A DNA stretch of 64,000 bases from Octopus vulgaris (taxonomy: Eukaryota), in the NCBI GenBank assembly GCA_951406725.2, contig OX597830.1, forward strand, positions 49,538,001-49,602,000, read 5' to 3'. Within the stretch, counting starts at the first letter, position 1; the number at the start of each line of letters is the position of its first letter. Of this stretch, positions 30,031-43,537 are shown in pieces. Under the pieces are notes generated by a model. That model did no database searches, was not told the DNA's origin, and saw nothing but the letters and a program-made list of their open reading frames with translations. The position numbers and the translations under genes were made by a program.

Positions 30031-30516
30031 AGAAATACGTATTGACAAAATTGTGATAATTCCATTATTTATCTTTAATGAGTCTCGTTGAGATCAACGA
30101 AGTGGATTATTCCAGTATAAAATAAAAAAAAATATCGACATCATATGATGAAAAACTTTCAGCTTTTTAACTTGTTGGCGTCTTCAATATTGATATGAAC
30201 TGTTTTCAATAACAAACACATACATACGCACATATATATTTACATGAACACAAGTGCCCTCACACACGCACACACACACACACACAAGCACACGCATGCA
30301 CGCGCGCGCAGATGGTCGTACGCATCCGAGGAGACCGGGTTATTTCAAATTGATGTAATGTTTGCGTCGATCGATTAAATAGAGCCGCTTAAAACGGCCG
30401 TAATGCACTAATACCCGGACATACTTGTTGCTTATTTGCTTTCCATTCACTTGACTTCGAGCTGTGCGGAAAATGCTGGACATACTCGGTGCCTCAACTA
30501 ATTCAACTGAATTTTA

Positions 30517-30582
<66 letters not shown>

Positions 30583-30586
<4 letters not shown>

Positions 30587-30792
30587 AATTGGGACAAGAA
30601 CGCAAAACATACAGAAGATGATACAAAAACACGGACGGGTCATTCGAAGCCTTTAATCTTCAGTCAAGTACCAGATCATCCTCGTAATTTCGGCTATGAT
30701 CCGGTTCTTGACTGAAGATTAAAGGCTTCGAATGACCCGTCCGTGTTTTTGTATCGTCTCCTGGATGTTTTGCGATCTCGTCCCATTTTGTA
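30583..30792. mobile_element. (TA)n-embedded hairpin element
   Basis: ~97-bp arms at 30583-30679 / 30696-30792 with 8 mismatches and a 16-nt loop. TA runs on both sides. No complete hammerhead core. Confidence 0.75.
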
Positions 30793-30843
30793 TTTTATAT
30801 ATATATATAGTGGCGTGCATACACTATGTTCTCTTATATGAAA

Positions 30844-30915
<72 letters not shown>

Positions 30916-31420
30916 GTTGTATGCTGTCAACTTAATGTGACAGTCCCATGAAAGGGAATAATACTACTGCTATTTAGCCCTAGGAAGCAGCACCGCTTCC
31001 TGTCACCCTTGACACATTTCCTATGTCCTTATGTTTTCAAGGGGGAGATAAGCGCCTCCACCCAGCTAAACCAGCAGCGACAGACTAGTTTCTGAGTCAT
31101 TGCAATAATGAAAAATTCATCATTCGTCCTCTTCTTGTACTGTATGTTACTCTTCTTAAGACATACACATTGCTTCCACTAGTGACATGCCCAGAGTTTT
31201 TGCCTCCGTGCAAGTTTCAGAACGAGGGTGTAGATATACAAGTGTTCGTGTTGAGCACTGAATTGGAGATTCTTGCATTTTATACACTTTCAGGAATTAT
31301 ACAAGACAAATCGGCACACGCGAGCGCACGTGCACACGTACACACGCTCACAGACACACACACAAACACACAGGCACACACAAACACATACCCATACATA
31401 TAGACACAGATACACATACT

Positions 31421-31813
31421 GTTTTACTTGTTTCAGTCATTTAACTGCGGCCATGCTGGAGCACCGCCTTTGGTCGAACAAATCAACCCCAGGACTTTGG
31501 AAGCCTAGTACTTATTCTATCAGTCTCTTTTGCCGAACCTCTAAGTGACGGGGACGTAAACACACGAGCATCGGTGTTCTAGCAACGTTGGGGGGACAAA
31601 CACAGACGCATAAACGTATACACCCACATAAAAATATATATACATATATACAGCGGGCTTCTTTCAGTTTCCGCCTATCAAATCCACTCACAAGGCTTTG
31701 GTCGGCTCTAGGTTATAGTAGAAGACACTTGCCCTGGGTGCCACGCAATGTGACTGAACTCAGAACCATGTGGTTGGTAAGCAAGCTACTTACTACACAG
31801 TCACTCCTACGCC
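31421..31813 (-). mobile_element. SINE family B, full length
   Basis: Reverse complement of the family B head, internal CA/TA block and 3' half. Confidence 0.9.
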
Positions 31814-32966
31814 TAGTACAAGTCTGAGAACATATATATTATATAGGCAATAAGCTTGTTTCTTTTGTATTTTTCTGTTTCTTCTTTCAAGGGAGAAGTG
31901 TCTCGCTTGTTTACTCACTCTTCAACTAAATGAAATGCAAAATACCATATTCTGTTTATTTTTACTACATTTAATTTCAGTTCAACAATAATGTACTTAG
32001 TTTCCTAATAATATTTGTAGACAGGCTGTATCAACATAATTGGGTCTATTCGGTATGAAATAAACAGACATATATGTATTGATAATATGTCATTGTGAAA
32101 AATTGAGAAAGAGGTAAAAAGAAAATTGCCGCAGTTATATAAAAATATTTGTTCGAGGATTTTGATAAAATTAACAAAGATCTTATTCTGTTGTGTCTGT
32201 GGAGAGTCATTTTCTTTTTGTGCCTTATTATTCCAAGAACGAAATATAACAAAGATCATTTTATCTGAGAATCAAGTATACACACCTACGCAAATCTATA
32301 ACTACAAATCGTCCCAGCAAGGCTGTAATCATTACCTGAAGTCTTAAAGGAAACGTTTTAATAACATGACTGTGTATGTGTTCGTGTGCGTATGTGTGTG
32401 CATGTGTATGTATGTGTATGTGTATGTGTTTTTGTGCACAAAGAAACAAACAAGAATTAGCAGCAAAATGAGCTTCCAAAACGACCTATTGGATATAAAA
32501 TACGGTAAATGAGATTTCAATAAAGGACATAATAAATTTAATAAGATTCCAGTAAAGGAAATGAGAAAAAATATTAGAATTAATAATTCCATCAAACTAG
32601 TTACGGTATAATCTAAAAGTCCAGTCAAAGAATTTCAAATATCGACTTGATGTAGATGTAAATCTTTGTAAAAACATCAGAATATTCTGCTGATGTCTTA
32701 GATGTATCAACGCCGAAGAAGAAAAATAATACATAATGGAGGGCAGCGTTTAGATCTTTCATTCGCCAGATGTAGTTTATAGTAATAGATGGCACTCAAG
32801 CATGGTCTCAGCACTCGAAATAGATCTAGTACAAGTCTGAGAACGTATATATATATATATATATATATAAACATACATATATACATACACACACCACACG
32901 CACGCACGCATATATATATATATGAAGAGAGAGAGATAAAAATTTGTATGCGCGCATAAGGATATG

Positions 32967-33015
32967 AGGCGTTTAGTAACAGACCGTCGTAAGGGTCATA
33001 TATATATGTGAGTGT

Positions 33016-33060
<45 letters not shown>

Positions 33061-33268
33061 GTGTATCTGTGTTTGGCCCCCCCAACATCGCTTGCCAACC
33101 GATACTGGTGTGTTTAGGTCCCCGTAACTTAGAGGTTCGGCAAAAGAGACCGATAGAATAAGTACTAGGCTCACAAAGAATAAGTCCTGGGGTCGATTTG
33201 ATTCGACTAAAGGCGGTGCTCCAGCATGGCCGCAGTCAAATTACTGAAACAAGTAAAAGATTAAAAGA
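32967..33268 (+). mobile_element. SINE family B, 3' two-thirds
   Basis: (TG)n, then tgtttggccccccaacatcgc...ggcggtgctccagcatggccgcagtc...aagtaaaaga. Confidence 0.85.
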
Positions 33269-33323
<55 letters not shown>

Positions 33324-33464
33324 TACAAGTAAAGGCTACAAACCTCATTAAAGGATACCAAAATCCTACGAACATTACAATTATATTTCATTATTACAAT
33401 CAATATTCAACTGTGAGGTAACTATATAGATCGTGGTTTACATATATCTATTTATTACAATAAG

Positions 33465-33610
33465 ATGAGAAAATAGAGAGATTATTAATAAATTATTACT
33501 TATTAATTAAAAAATTGACAAACATCCCTTACATCTGTTTCAATTCTAGACTTTCAGAAAATTAAGTAATACAATTAAAAATTATTTGGAAGTCGAATCT
33601 CGTCTGAGGT
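33465..33610 (-). mobile_element. pLTR-like fragment with degenerate long-stem-II hammerhead
   Basis: Minus: cct-CAGACGA-gattcgacttc...gaaagtctagaatt-GAAA-cagatg-TA-agg. Inverted homolog at 34594-34725. Confidence 0.55.
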
Positions 33611-33752
33611 AGTTTAAGATATACAAAATGGGTGATCCAATTCCTGAATGTTGAGTATACGGCTGCAAACCGTTAACATACACACACACATTCATGCATA
33701 CATACTTACATGCATATATGCATACATGCATACATGCATACATACATGCATA

Positions 33753-33815
<63 letters not shown>

Positions 33816-34447
33816 ATATGTACATACACACATTGCACCTGCTCGTTCGTAGATTCACACATTATGCGAAATATCGACGTGGTGTATCAGAATGCCTTTG
33901 AGATATAAATAAATAAAAATAAAAATATCATTGGTACACATCCCGTTTCTGCAAACTGGCAGATTTAACAAAAATTAAAAAAATGAAAAATAAATAAATA
34001 AACGTACAGCCCCAAGCTCCAACAGTAACAATCAAATGAATGCTGGCCTGGTTTTTTTTTAGATTAAATACATTGGCAGCAATGATGTCACGAGAAATAA
34101 AAATTCGCTTAATCTTCGAACAAGCTCTAGACTTTCACATTTAACCACAGCACTACAAAGCAAGGCATATCGGTAAACAACAATTGCGTTTAGATTTATC
34201 AATATATCATTATTCCATTTTAGTGCGATACATCACGATATGTATTTGAAAGAATGAGTCTACGAAAGTGCTCGATAAATTTCTATGTCTAGCATTAAAT
34301 CTTTAGAGATGCTGAATAAAAACTTTCGCGACATAAGACATATCAGTGTGTATGTATGAGCATATGTAGTGCTGGAGACACCACAGAACATATTATTTCT
34401 GCAAACACGTCGCTGTAGGTTTATAAAAAGGTATTTTGAACTGCTGA

Positions 34448-34504
<57 letters not shown>

Positions 34505-34511
34505 CACATAC

Positions 34512-34579
<68 letters not shown>

Positions 34580-34593
34580 TATACATATATACT

Positions 34594-34719
34594 CCTTAGA
34601 AGGCCAAATTGACTTTCAAATAATTCTTATTGAAATAATTTTCTGAAAGTCTAAATAAACATATGTAAGGGATGTTTGTCAATTTTATTGAAGAATAATT
34701 TATTAATTATCTTCTATTT

Positions 34720-34725
<6 letters not shown>
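34594..34725 (+). mobile_element. Second copy of the 33465 family, between (TA)n runs
   Basis: Shares ttttctgaaagtcta...atgtaagggatgtttgtcaatttt...ctattttctcat. Starts at the predicted stem I. Confidence 0.65.
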
Positions 34726-34760
<35 letters not shown>

Positions 34761-35893
34761 ATACAAACACACACACACACAACAACGAAGGCAGGTATAT
34801 ATAGATATATATATATACGATGGGCTTCTTTCAGTTTCCGTCTACCAAATCCACTTTGGTCGGCCCGAGGCTATAGTAGAAAAAAAAAACTTGTCCAGGG
34901 TGCCACGCAGTGGGGCTGAACCCGGAACCACGTGGTTGGTAAGTATGTGTACATATATTCGTTGATAATATTCTTTCCAGTAATATTGCTACCGCTACTT
35001 CCCACACACCAACTACTGCTACGGCTACCGCTAATAATAATTGTAAGTTTCCAATCATATCCACCCCCACACACACATCCACGTTTCTTTTTCCCTTTTC
35101 TCTTCACTTTCTCCCACCCTCTCTTACTGCCTTGTGTTTCTTTACCACCCATTTTCTCTCTTTCCCTTCTCTTCCTACCCGTTCTCTTACATTCCCACTA
35201 GTCGCCACCCAATTCCTCTCCTCTCTCACATTTTACGATCCCCGCCCTGTCTCTTCTTTCTTTTATTCAACCATCAATATCCACCCCCCTTCATAATTCC
35301 TTCCATGCCTCACCACCTCTCACTCACTCTCTCTCTCTCTCTCTCTCATACAATATCAATAAAAGCTATCATCATATTATAAATAGAAAATCGAATTCAA
35401 TAATCAGAATTCAACAAATGGATCTTTTATTGAACTGTCAGGCTGAGCAGTCGAGAATTCATCCGAGACACACAGACATAGGTTGTGTGCGGGTGGGGAT
35501 GGTAGTGGAAGGTTTATAACTCTACTAGTGAGCGTCGGAGTGAAAGGGTGGGTAGACAGAACGTTGACGTTGAAGATGATGATGAAGAAGGTGAGGCGGT
35601 GGTTAAGAAAATTGTTAAAGTATTTCTTTTACATAATATAACAGCGATAGATTGACAGAATCGTTAAAATGTCGAAGGAAGTGCCTTGCAGTATTTTTTC
35701 CGTCTCAGGGTTCTCAGTTGAGTTCAAATTCCACTGAATGCATCCATTTGAGATCGATAGTATAAAGTACCGACCAAGTACTGGGATCGATAAAAATACG
35801 AGTTGAGTACTGGGGTCCATGGTTTCGACCGACTAACACCTCTCTGACTTCAGGTTTAAACTATAAGCCATTATATAATAATAATTTTTATTA

Positions 35894-36333
35894 TTGAATG
35901 AGAGAGCAGTGCATGCTAGCATTGCGACACTGGGGTACAAATATATGAAGCCCTGTATACCCATCATGACTACATGCCTGATAAGGGTACACCAGGCACA
36001 TGAATCGCAACCGTATGTACGCGGCAGGGTGATCTCATATCAAGATAAACAGTGCTTCACCTTGCAGGTGGGGTCCAGTTGGAATTTTCTCCAGGTCTTA
36101 AAGTATGTTGAACGAAAGACCTATGTTTTCAAAGGCGAATTATCCAAACCTCCAAGAATTCCTTTCAACACACGGCTATAATGCTCCCCCACTATTTCTG
36201 CTCGTGATCAGAGATGCACATATCGTCAGCCACTAAGGGACATGCTCAAATGTTTAAGGTCAAGCAGCTGACAAACAATTCTGTGGTATTGAGCAGAATA
36301 TTTGCTGTAACCCATCTTTTATACCAAAACAAT
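35894..36333 (-). mobile_element. 5'-truncated copy of the (TAA)n-associated non-coding element
   Basis: Reverse complement aligns by eye to 55895-56370. TAA/TTA repeats on both sides. Confidence 0.8.
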
Positions 36334-36689
36334 TATTATTATTATTATTATTATTAATTTTTTTCAGTATGTTTACATTTTAAGTAATAATTTATTGTTT
36401 GCATTATTATTAATTTACATCATTTGTAGCTTCAGTAAGATGCAACTTGTTAACGATTGGAGTAAAACGTGTCTGAGATGAGACAAGAGGTTGTACCTTA
36501 GATTAGTCTGTATTAGTTGGTATGAATTTTTCTATTGAGGCAGCCTTAATTTTTTCTTTAAATGATATCAACGTATATCTTATAAGAAGAGAAGAAAACA
36601 AAATTTAAAAAAAATGAAAACGGAAGAAAATGAGAGGAATTAAATAGTAAAAGATTTGGGGTTGTGCACTTCAGTCAAAATGCCGTGTT

Positions 36690-37240
36690 CAGCCGCACCT
36701 TGCAGGCATAGTTGCAAAGGCATTGCTGCGGAGACTGGCCAGCAAGTCTGCATCAGTCACGCTATCTCACGGATCTCATTTGCCAGACAGGTGATTTTGC
36801 AGAAGAAAACAGTAGTGCGAGGAATGAGAACACCTGAGGTCACGGCGGCAACTGGCACAAAGGAATATTAGCCGGTCAGGCTCCTGGCTTTGATTAACTC
36901 CCTATCTTCTGAGCCACGACCGGCGATACCCGAGCGTGCTGCCAATGCAGCAAGTCACATCCCAGGTTAAAGATTTTCTTCCCTCGTATGGAAAGAAGTT
37001 TCTTCAGTCGGGGCGCTTACCATCCTCGCGGGCAGGACCCATATGCGCCAGTTGTAATGGCAACCCAGATGCATAGAGGCCCCTTCGGATTATGTCGTTC
37101 AAAGCATAGTGGGACAAAACGGCCAGCGTTATGGGTGCAGGATAATGGCATTTGTGCCACGGTGACAGTGACGCTGGGAGCACTCTGATACGAGTGCAAA
37201 CATCATCAAAACGGATACCACTTGCTGAAAAGGGCACCGA
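36690..37240 (-). pseudogene. CRE-type non-LTR retrotransposon, restriction-like endonuclease domain fossil
   Basis: Minus-strand translation with stops and shifts: PLSCTHNAGRF / HYALNDIIRRGLYASGLP..GPAREDGKRPD*RNFFPYEGRKSLTWDVTC / FVPVAAVTSGVL. Matches the RH..LND...DGKRPDG...WD.TC RLE signature. Confidence 0.75.
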
Positions 37241-38188
37241 ATGAAACTACGTTTCAATTAGTAAATTGCTATCGAGTTTAGTCATTGACAAGAAGAAACC
37301 TTTCTCTATCAACAATAAAAACGGCAACAACGTAACAAATGAGAACATTAGTAAGAAGAACAGCCAAAGGGCAACATTAATTGAGTGATTTTCAAACGAA
37401 ATCTCAGATGGAACAACAACAACAACAATAACAGTGATGACGAGGTCACCTACCCTGCTAGAAATAGCAGAAGATCGTTCTTAAATATGGTAAGGAGAAA
37501 TTAGATAATTTAGTACTAGGCGGCTCCAAAATAGATGGTGCAGTCGGGGTTGGATTGTCTTTGTTGATTGTCCTGAGTTGAATACGGTTAGCAACAATCA
37601 TAAAAGTAACAATGAAAAGAAATTGAAAAAGAAACAATTGTGCTATTCGTAATAAAATCAGGAACAACAACAGCAAGTAAGAAGTACAATAACAACAAAA
37701 TAATCTCTTTCGTCGGGTAATAAAATAATGTTATTATGACAAGAATCTGAACAAGTACAGGAGTCTGGAACATCAACAACAACAATAAGACGAACAATAA
37801 TAATAATAAAGAAGAAGAAATAAAGCGAACTGTGAGAATGGCACCAATAAAATGTGCCATTAATGGCTGGCTTGAACAGGAACAATGAAGAGAGGAATAA
37901 AATCCACGGAAACATTATTACAGATATCCGAGTAACTTGTCTTCTATTTTGGTAGAAATAATGATTATTATTAATTATTTTTGTTACAGATATAGCCGTG
38001 TGGTTAAGAAGTTCATTTTCGTGCTATATGGTTCCCGGTTCCTGTCTGTCAGGCAGTGTCTCGTACAGTTATCTTCCGCCACACCTAGGAGTTAGCGGGT
38101 GGCTACCTTGTGAGTGAAATTTGACGGACGGAAACCGTGAAGAACTACATTTCAAAAATAAATTTTACATACACACATACATATATAC

Positions 38189-38317
<129 letters not shown>

Positions 38318-38345
38318 ATATATATGTGTGTATATATATATATAC

Positions 38346-38813
38346 TCTTTTACTTGTTTTAGTCATTTGACTGCGGCAATGCTAGAGCACCGCCTTTGGT
38401 CCAGCAAATCGACCCCGGATCTTATTCTTTGTAAGCCTAGTACTTAATCTATCGGTCTCTTTTTGCCGAACCGCTAAGTGACGGGGACATAAATACACCA
38501 GCATTGGTTGTCAAGCAATGCTAGGGGGAAAACACAGGCACACATACATACACACACACACACATATATACACACACACACATACACACACACTTATATA
38601 TATACACACACACATATATATATATATATATATGTATATCTACATATATACGACGGGCTTCTTTCAATTTCCGTCTACTAAATCCACTCCCAAGCCTTTG
38701 GTCGGCTCGGGGCTATAGTAGAAGACACTTGCCCAAGATGCCACGCAGTGGGACTGAACCCGGAACCATGTGGTTGGCAAGCAAGCTACTTACCGCACAG
38801 CCACTCCTGGGCC
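38346..38813 (-). mobile_element. SINE family B, full length, with internal CA/TA block
   Basis: Well-preserved head (ccactcctgggcc end) and 3' half. Confidence 0.9.
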
Positions 38814-38915
38814 TATATACACATATATAACAAATTAAAGTTGAGGGTTACCTCACGAGTAAAAATATAAGGAAAAGAATCTGAAAATGCAGGTGTCTGT
38901 TAAAAGTATTTATTA

Positions 38916-38955
38916 ACTTAAGCGGTTTCACTTATTCGAAAAGATTTTCAAAAGT
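38916..38955 (-). ncRNA. Hammerhead-like motif with U3:A8 core variant
   Basis: Minus: actt-TTGAAAA-t[ctt..aag]t-GAAA-ccgc-TT-aagt, followed by AATAAA. Lies ~90 bp from a short TA run. Confidence 0.4.
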
Positions 38956-38971
38956 AAAGTGTGAGGTTTCG

Positions 38972-39353
38972 TGTATCCTCTGTGGTGTCAAAAATTAGTT
39001 TTACAAAAATGTATTCAAATCAAATGACTGAGTTTGAGTTTGAAAGGTTTGAGGCATTGCGTATCCTCTGTGATGAGTCAAAACATTACATAAAACCATT
39101 CCAGTCAGGTAATAAAATATTTTTTTTTATAATGATATGGGGAAAGAATTAGTTTATATGAATATATTCCGAATAGAGTCTTTGACAAGGAGATAAAATA
39201 TGTGCATCGTCTGTGATGAGTCAAGAAATAGTTTAGATAAAAGCTTTTAGAACAGGTAATAAAATTTTTTATAATGATAAAAAGATGAAAATTAGTTTAT
39301 ATGAATATATCCCGATCAAATAATGGAGTCTTTGACAAGAAGATAAAATATGT
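38972..39353. repeat. Degenerate tandem repeat, ~145-bp unit
   Basis: tctgtg(g/a)tg..tcaa recurs at ~38978, 39067 and 39210. caggtaataaaat...ttagtttatatgaatatat...gagtctttgacaag occurs twice. Confidence 0.75.
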
Positions 39354-42300
39354 AACAAAGCATTTCAAGTTCTGGGATCTGGCTTCTAAGGGTTTTGCAC
39401 CTGGCTGGAGTTTGGTAGTTATAAACAGAGTTGCAATTCTTCTGTATAAAAATTTCCTTTTATCCCAAAATGATAAATGTTAACGTCAAAAGTGCATGGG
39501 TGGGAGACGAAAGAAGAATTTATGGGTAATGTTGAAAGAGGCAAAGAAAGGAAAAAACGGAAAGGGGGAAGATCAAGCATTTAATATCGGCGATAAAGGC
39601 ATTTATTTGACACAGTTTAGAAATAAAAAAATATATATATATTATGTGAAGACAAGACAATTACAAAACTGATACCAGCTCCACTTCCCCTACAAAAAGC
39701 TAAATCCCATTCTTCAAACTTTCGAAAGCTAACTTTTGAGCGATTCGTCAAAAGAGAAGGCATCATTGTGTCGCAGATTCTGCAGGGAAATGCTAAATTT
39801 TTAATTTGGTTTTAGAGTCTTTGTTATTTGTATGAAGTTGTTATTGTCTCCAATGAGTTTCTTTAATCACTTTCACAATCGCTTATCGAACAATCTTCAT
39901 TGGAATGGAATTTTCTCTCAGACATTCTATACACAAACAAACAGTATTACATAAGTATCCACACGAATACATATTTATAAACACACACATTAAAATATAC
40001 AGGGACACAGTTTTCAGCTAGATTTTTTTTATATACTTACAACCACATATGGGGTTTATGATATAATGTGCGCGCACACACACACACACACACACGCACA
40101 CAGTCCTTCTGAAACGAGCTGAGGTTCCTGCTGGTTCTTCCGCTTATAAAAAAATCCACTCTACCCAACACGCAAACCGTCTACTCCTTTGAACAGTAGT
40201 CTTCCCACTAAACGTGAATATACCAAAGCGCCGGATACTGCTGTATTCATCTTTTGAGATCCTCTCATATTAACGTACGCTGTTAAAAACACAAATCTAT
40301 CGCAGTAGACGAGAACCGGCTGGTATGATCCCCGGAACTACTAGATCACGTGATTTCAGCGTGGTGAGCCTTCTCAGTGGCAGAAAGTTCAATCCTGTGT
40401 AACATCCAAATGTTACTTCCAGCATTATATAGAATAGAATTGATCTTTGAGTTATTGGTATTGCAAACAAGCAGCATTTTCTTTTTAAAAACTAAGCATT
40501 AGCCGTGGTAGCAGATGATTGTCGTCTGCTACGATAAATGTCTGTTTTCACAACGTAAATCAATACGAAAAGACCTCGGAGACAAATACTGCAATATTCG
40601 GTGCTCTAAATACCACAGCCATGTTGACTAGGATATAAAGACTGCTTTCTAGTATTAATACAGTTTCCGTCGCTAATATCATATATAAAGAAACGGTGTT
40701 CTCAGATTTCCTAGAAATGTAATGCTCAATAATGTAATGATCACGTTAATCTCATAAAAAGGAAATGTTACTTTTCTCTTTCTTGACGAACAAACACCGG
40801 CAAGTTTTGTCTTTATTGTCTCATTTCTACTCATTGTGGTTAGAAAGCTGAACTCTACCTCTGGCTGCTCAGTCGGACATCTGTAAACAATGTCATAATT
40901 TACCACATCGTGAATGATGTTTTATAGTTGATTACTTGCAGAGGAAGAATGAGGAGGAGATGGCTTGATTGCATCGACTTGGCTGTGAATATGAGTTGTA
41001 GTGTTGATGAGTCATGTCGGATCTGAATCGAAAACGCAACCCAATGTATCTAAATTGCATAAAATATTTAATATGGTACTCTACAGATTCAGCCAGCGGC
41101 TCCAGATTTGCTCTATATCATATTGATCTATACAGGCTGTGGACCCTTAATGTGATGACATAAGGAAGTAGTTTGCAATAGCAAGGTATTTCTTTGCTTC
41201 GATTCCAAAAACAAAACCTCTGAAGGAAAAGTATGAAAATATTCAGAAATCTATGGAGTGTTCAGCTGTATTTATTTATCTCGGAGGAATATTCTGGGGA
41301 ATGTTTGTAGAATGTACTTTCAAGATAGATTCTGTACATCTTAATTCACGAATATTCTTCAAAAGAAGCGTGTTAGAATGACAGACGTACAGAAATACCT
41401 GAAATGGAACAATGTCAGAACTGATGCAAAACAAGAAGTGATAGACTCTCAGAAGTCTCAGAAGAATAATAGTGGAATTTTAGAGTAGTGGTACGCGACG
41501 ATGGTGGAATCTAGAAGGACTGCTAAAATGCAAAACGTGGGAGGCTACTAAATGTCGATTGGCAGACTTGTTAGCATAGAAGATACAAACTTACTGAGTT
41601 GCATTCAGAATTCAAATATTGACAGTATCAGTATTTCTATCTGTTAGTGATAAATTTGTAAATTTGTACCAGTAATGTATCTGGGTCACTATATTCACAG
41701 CAATCCCTTTTCCTTGTCAATGCTTGTCACAAACACCACTGATTTTGGAATCAATGTAGCTTTTTCCGTACAAACTGGAATTTATAATCATAACAAAAAA
41801 CAACATTGAGTTTCAAATTGACACGTTCAAGAGCGCAGTGATTTTCTTGCGGGGTCTACAAAGCATTTGGTCAGGCGCATATTGGAATCAATTTAATTGA
41901 CGGTATCTCTATGACTTATTGGCATTGTACCTAAGCCAGAAATATATAATTAATAAATGAATATAGGATTTATACTTCTGCAATGGAACATGGCAACAGA
42001 TAACATTTGAGAGCCACTGATACAATTTGGTATCTAATTTCTTTGCAAATTATATGAACATCTTTAAATATTTAATAACTATTCTATGCAAACAAAGGTC
42101 AGTTAAAGGGACAATAGTTCATATTGTAGGTTCAACAGCAGATGTAATATTGTCTCTCTAAAGCTACTTAAATCTTTACTCCTTTCTCTGACTCTGTTTT
42201 TCCATCAGAACCTATAAATTTAATTGTATCATCTTCACTAGAGGTTAATAAGTAACAAGGTACAGTCTGGTACATCTCACTTGCAAACTTCGAAATCAGA

Positions 42301-43499
42301 CAGAAACAGGAATCCGTAATTATCTCGAACGGATGTTCTATTGCATTATGTTCTCACTAGCTACATGTCAAGTGTGTGATGACTGTTCGATATCAGTTGG
42401 AAGTGATCAGGTACATGTATCCATCTTCATGCTGATATTGAGAGAAAATTCTTAAAAGATTTGTGAATCGCTAATTTCATAGCTCACTGTTCAGAACCAA
42501 CAAACTCCATACCCTATTCAATTATGATTTAAATCACAAATCATCACTTGATTAACTTCAGGATGCTTTAACATTTCAACCTTTAATGCGATTGTATTGA
42601 TAATTAACACAACAATTCTCCATGTTTCCAATATTGGATGAACCTGGCTACACAGATAATGACAGGGGACTCTGTATATTCCAATACATTAAACAATAAT
42701 ACGCCATTTTAGAGTTTGGGATAGAGCTTATTGTATTAAACAATTGCTGCAATCCTGTTGTTGAATTCTATCAAGCGAATGACATGAATGGCTGTGGACT
42801 GTGACATTATTAGGTAGGCATTGTCTTCTAACTTATTCCACTTGACAGAAACATAACACAGCGCATGTCTTAGGTGCTATTCAACAAAGCATTATCTCGT
42901 AATTATATCATGCAGTCCTACAGAAAACACAGGAAGCATTATTAAAAGTATATTTATACAAATAATTCTTTTTATCTGGATTTCCAGTACTGTTAACGAT
43001 TTGCTGCTTTGTTTATCGAGTTACTATTGTCAGCTAAATGGTAAAAAACGATGATTTTTTTAAAGTGGTATACATATACTAACTCCCTTCTGGTTTTCTT
43101 TGTGAACTACCTGCTTTTTCTTATGTTCAATATTCTCTTTTCTTCCTTACAATTTTATAACATTTTGTTTAAAAATATGATCCGATTTCCTTTAAATTTC
43201 AATTCTACATTTCCTACCTCTAGTAACCAAACCAAACCAAACCAAGTAACACAGCCGTAACATAATTACTGACTGTAAACTCCTTTACTCCTTTGTAATT
43301 CACTTAAAAAAAAAGAGGAAAAACGGAAAGACATTAGTGTCGTCAGCAAAGCAAATAATTGATATATTTGATATATTATTTTATCGCTTATCCGACCTTC
43401 ATTCAGCTTTGATGACTCATTGTGTTTGATGTTGTTCTTAGCAATATATATAAACATCAGGAGATTACTTTACGTCACAGTAGCAAAACAACTGAATCA

Positions 43500-43537
<38 letters not shown>

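Noticed and set aside
40100-43000. Repeat-poor 3-kb block with faint LINE-like words (YVNMRG, FIYLGG)
   Set aside because: The motifs are isolated, on different strands and not colinear; no element or gene can be supported.
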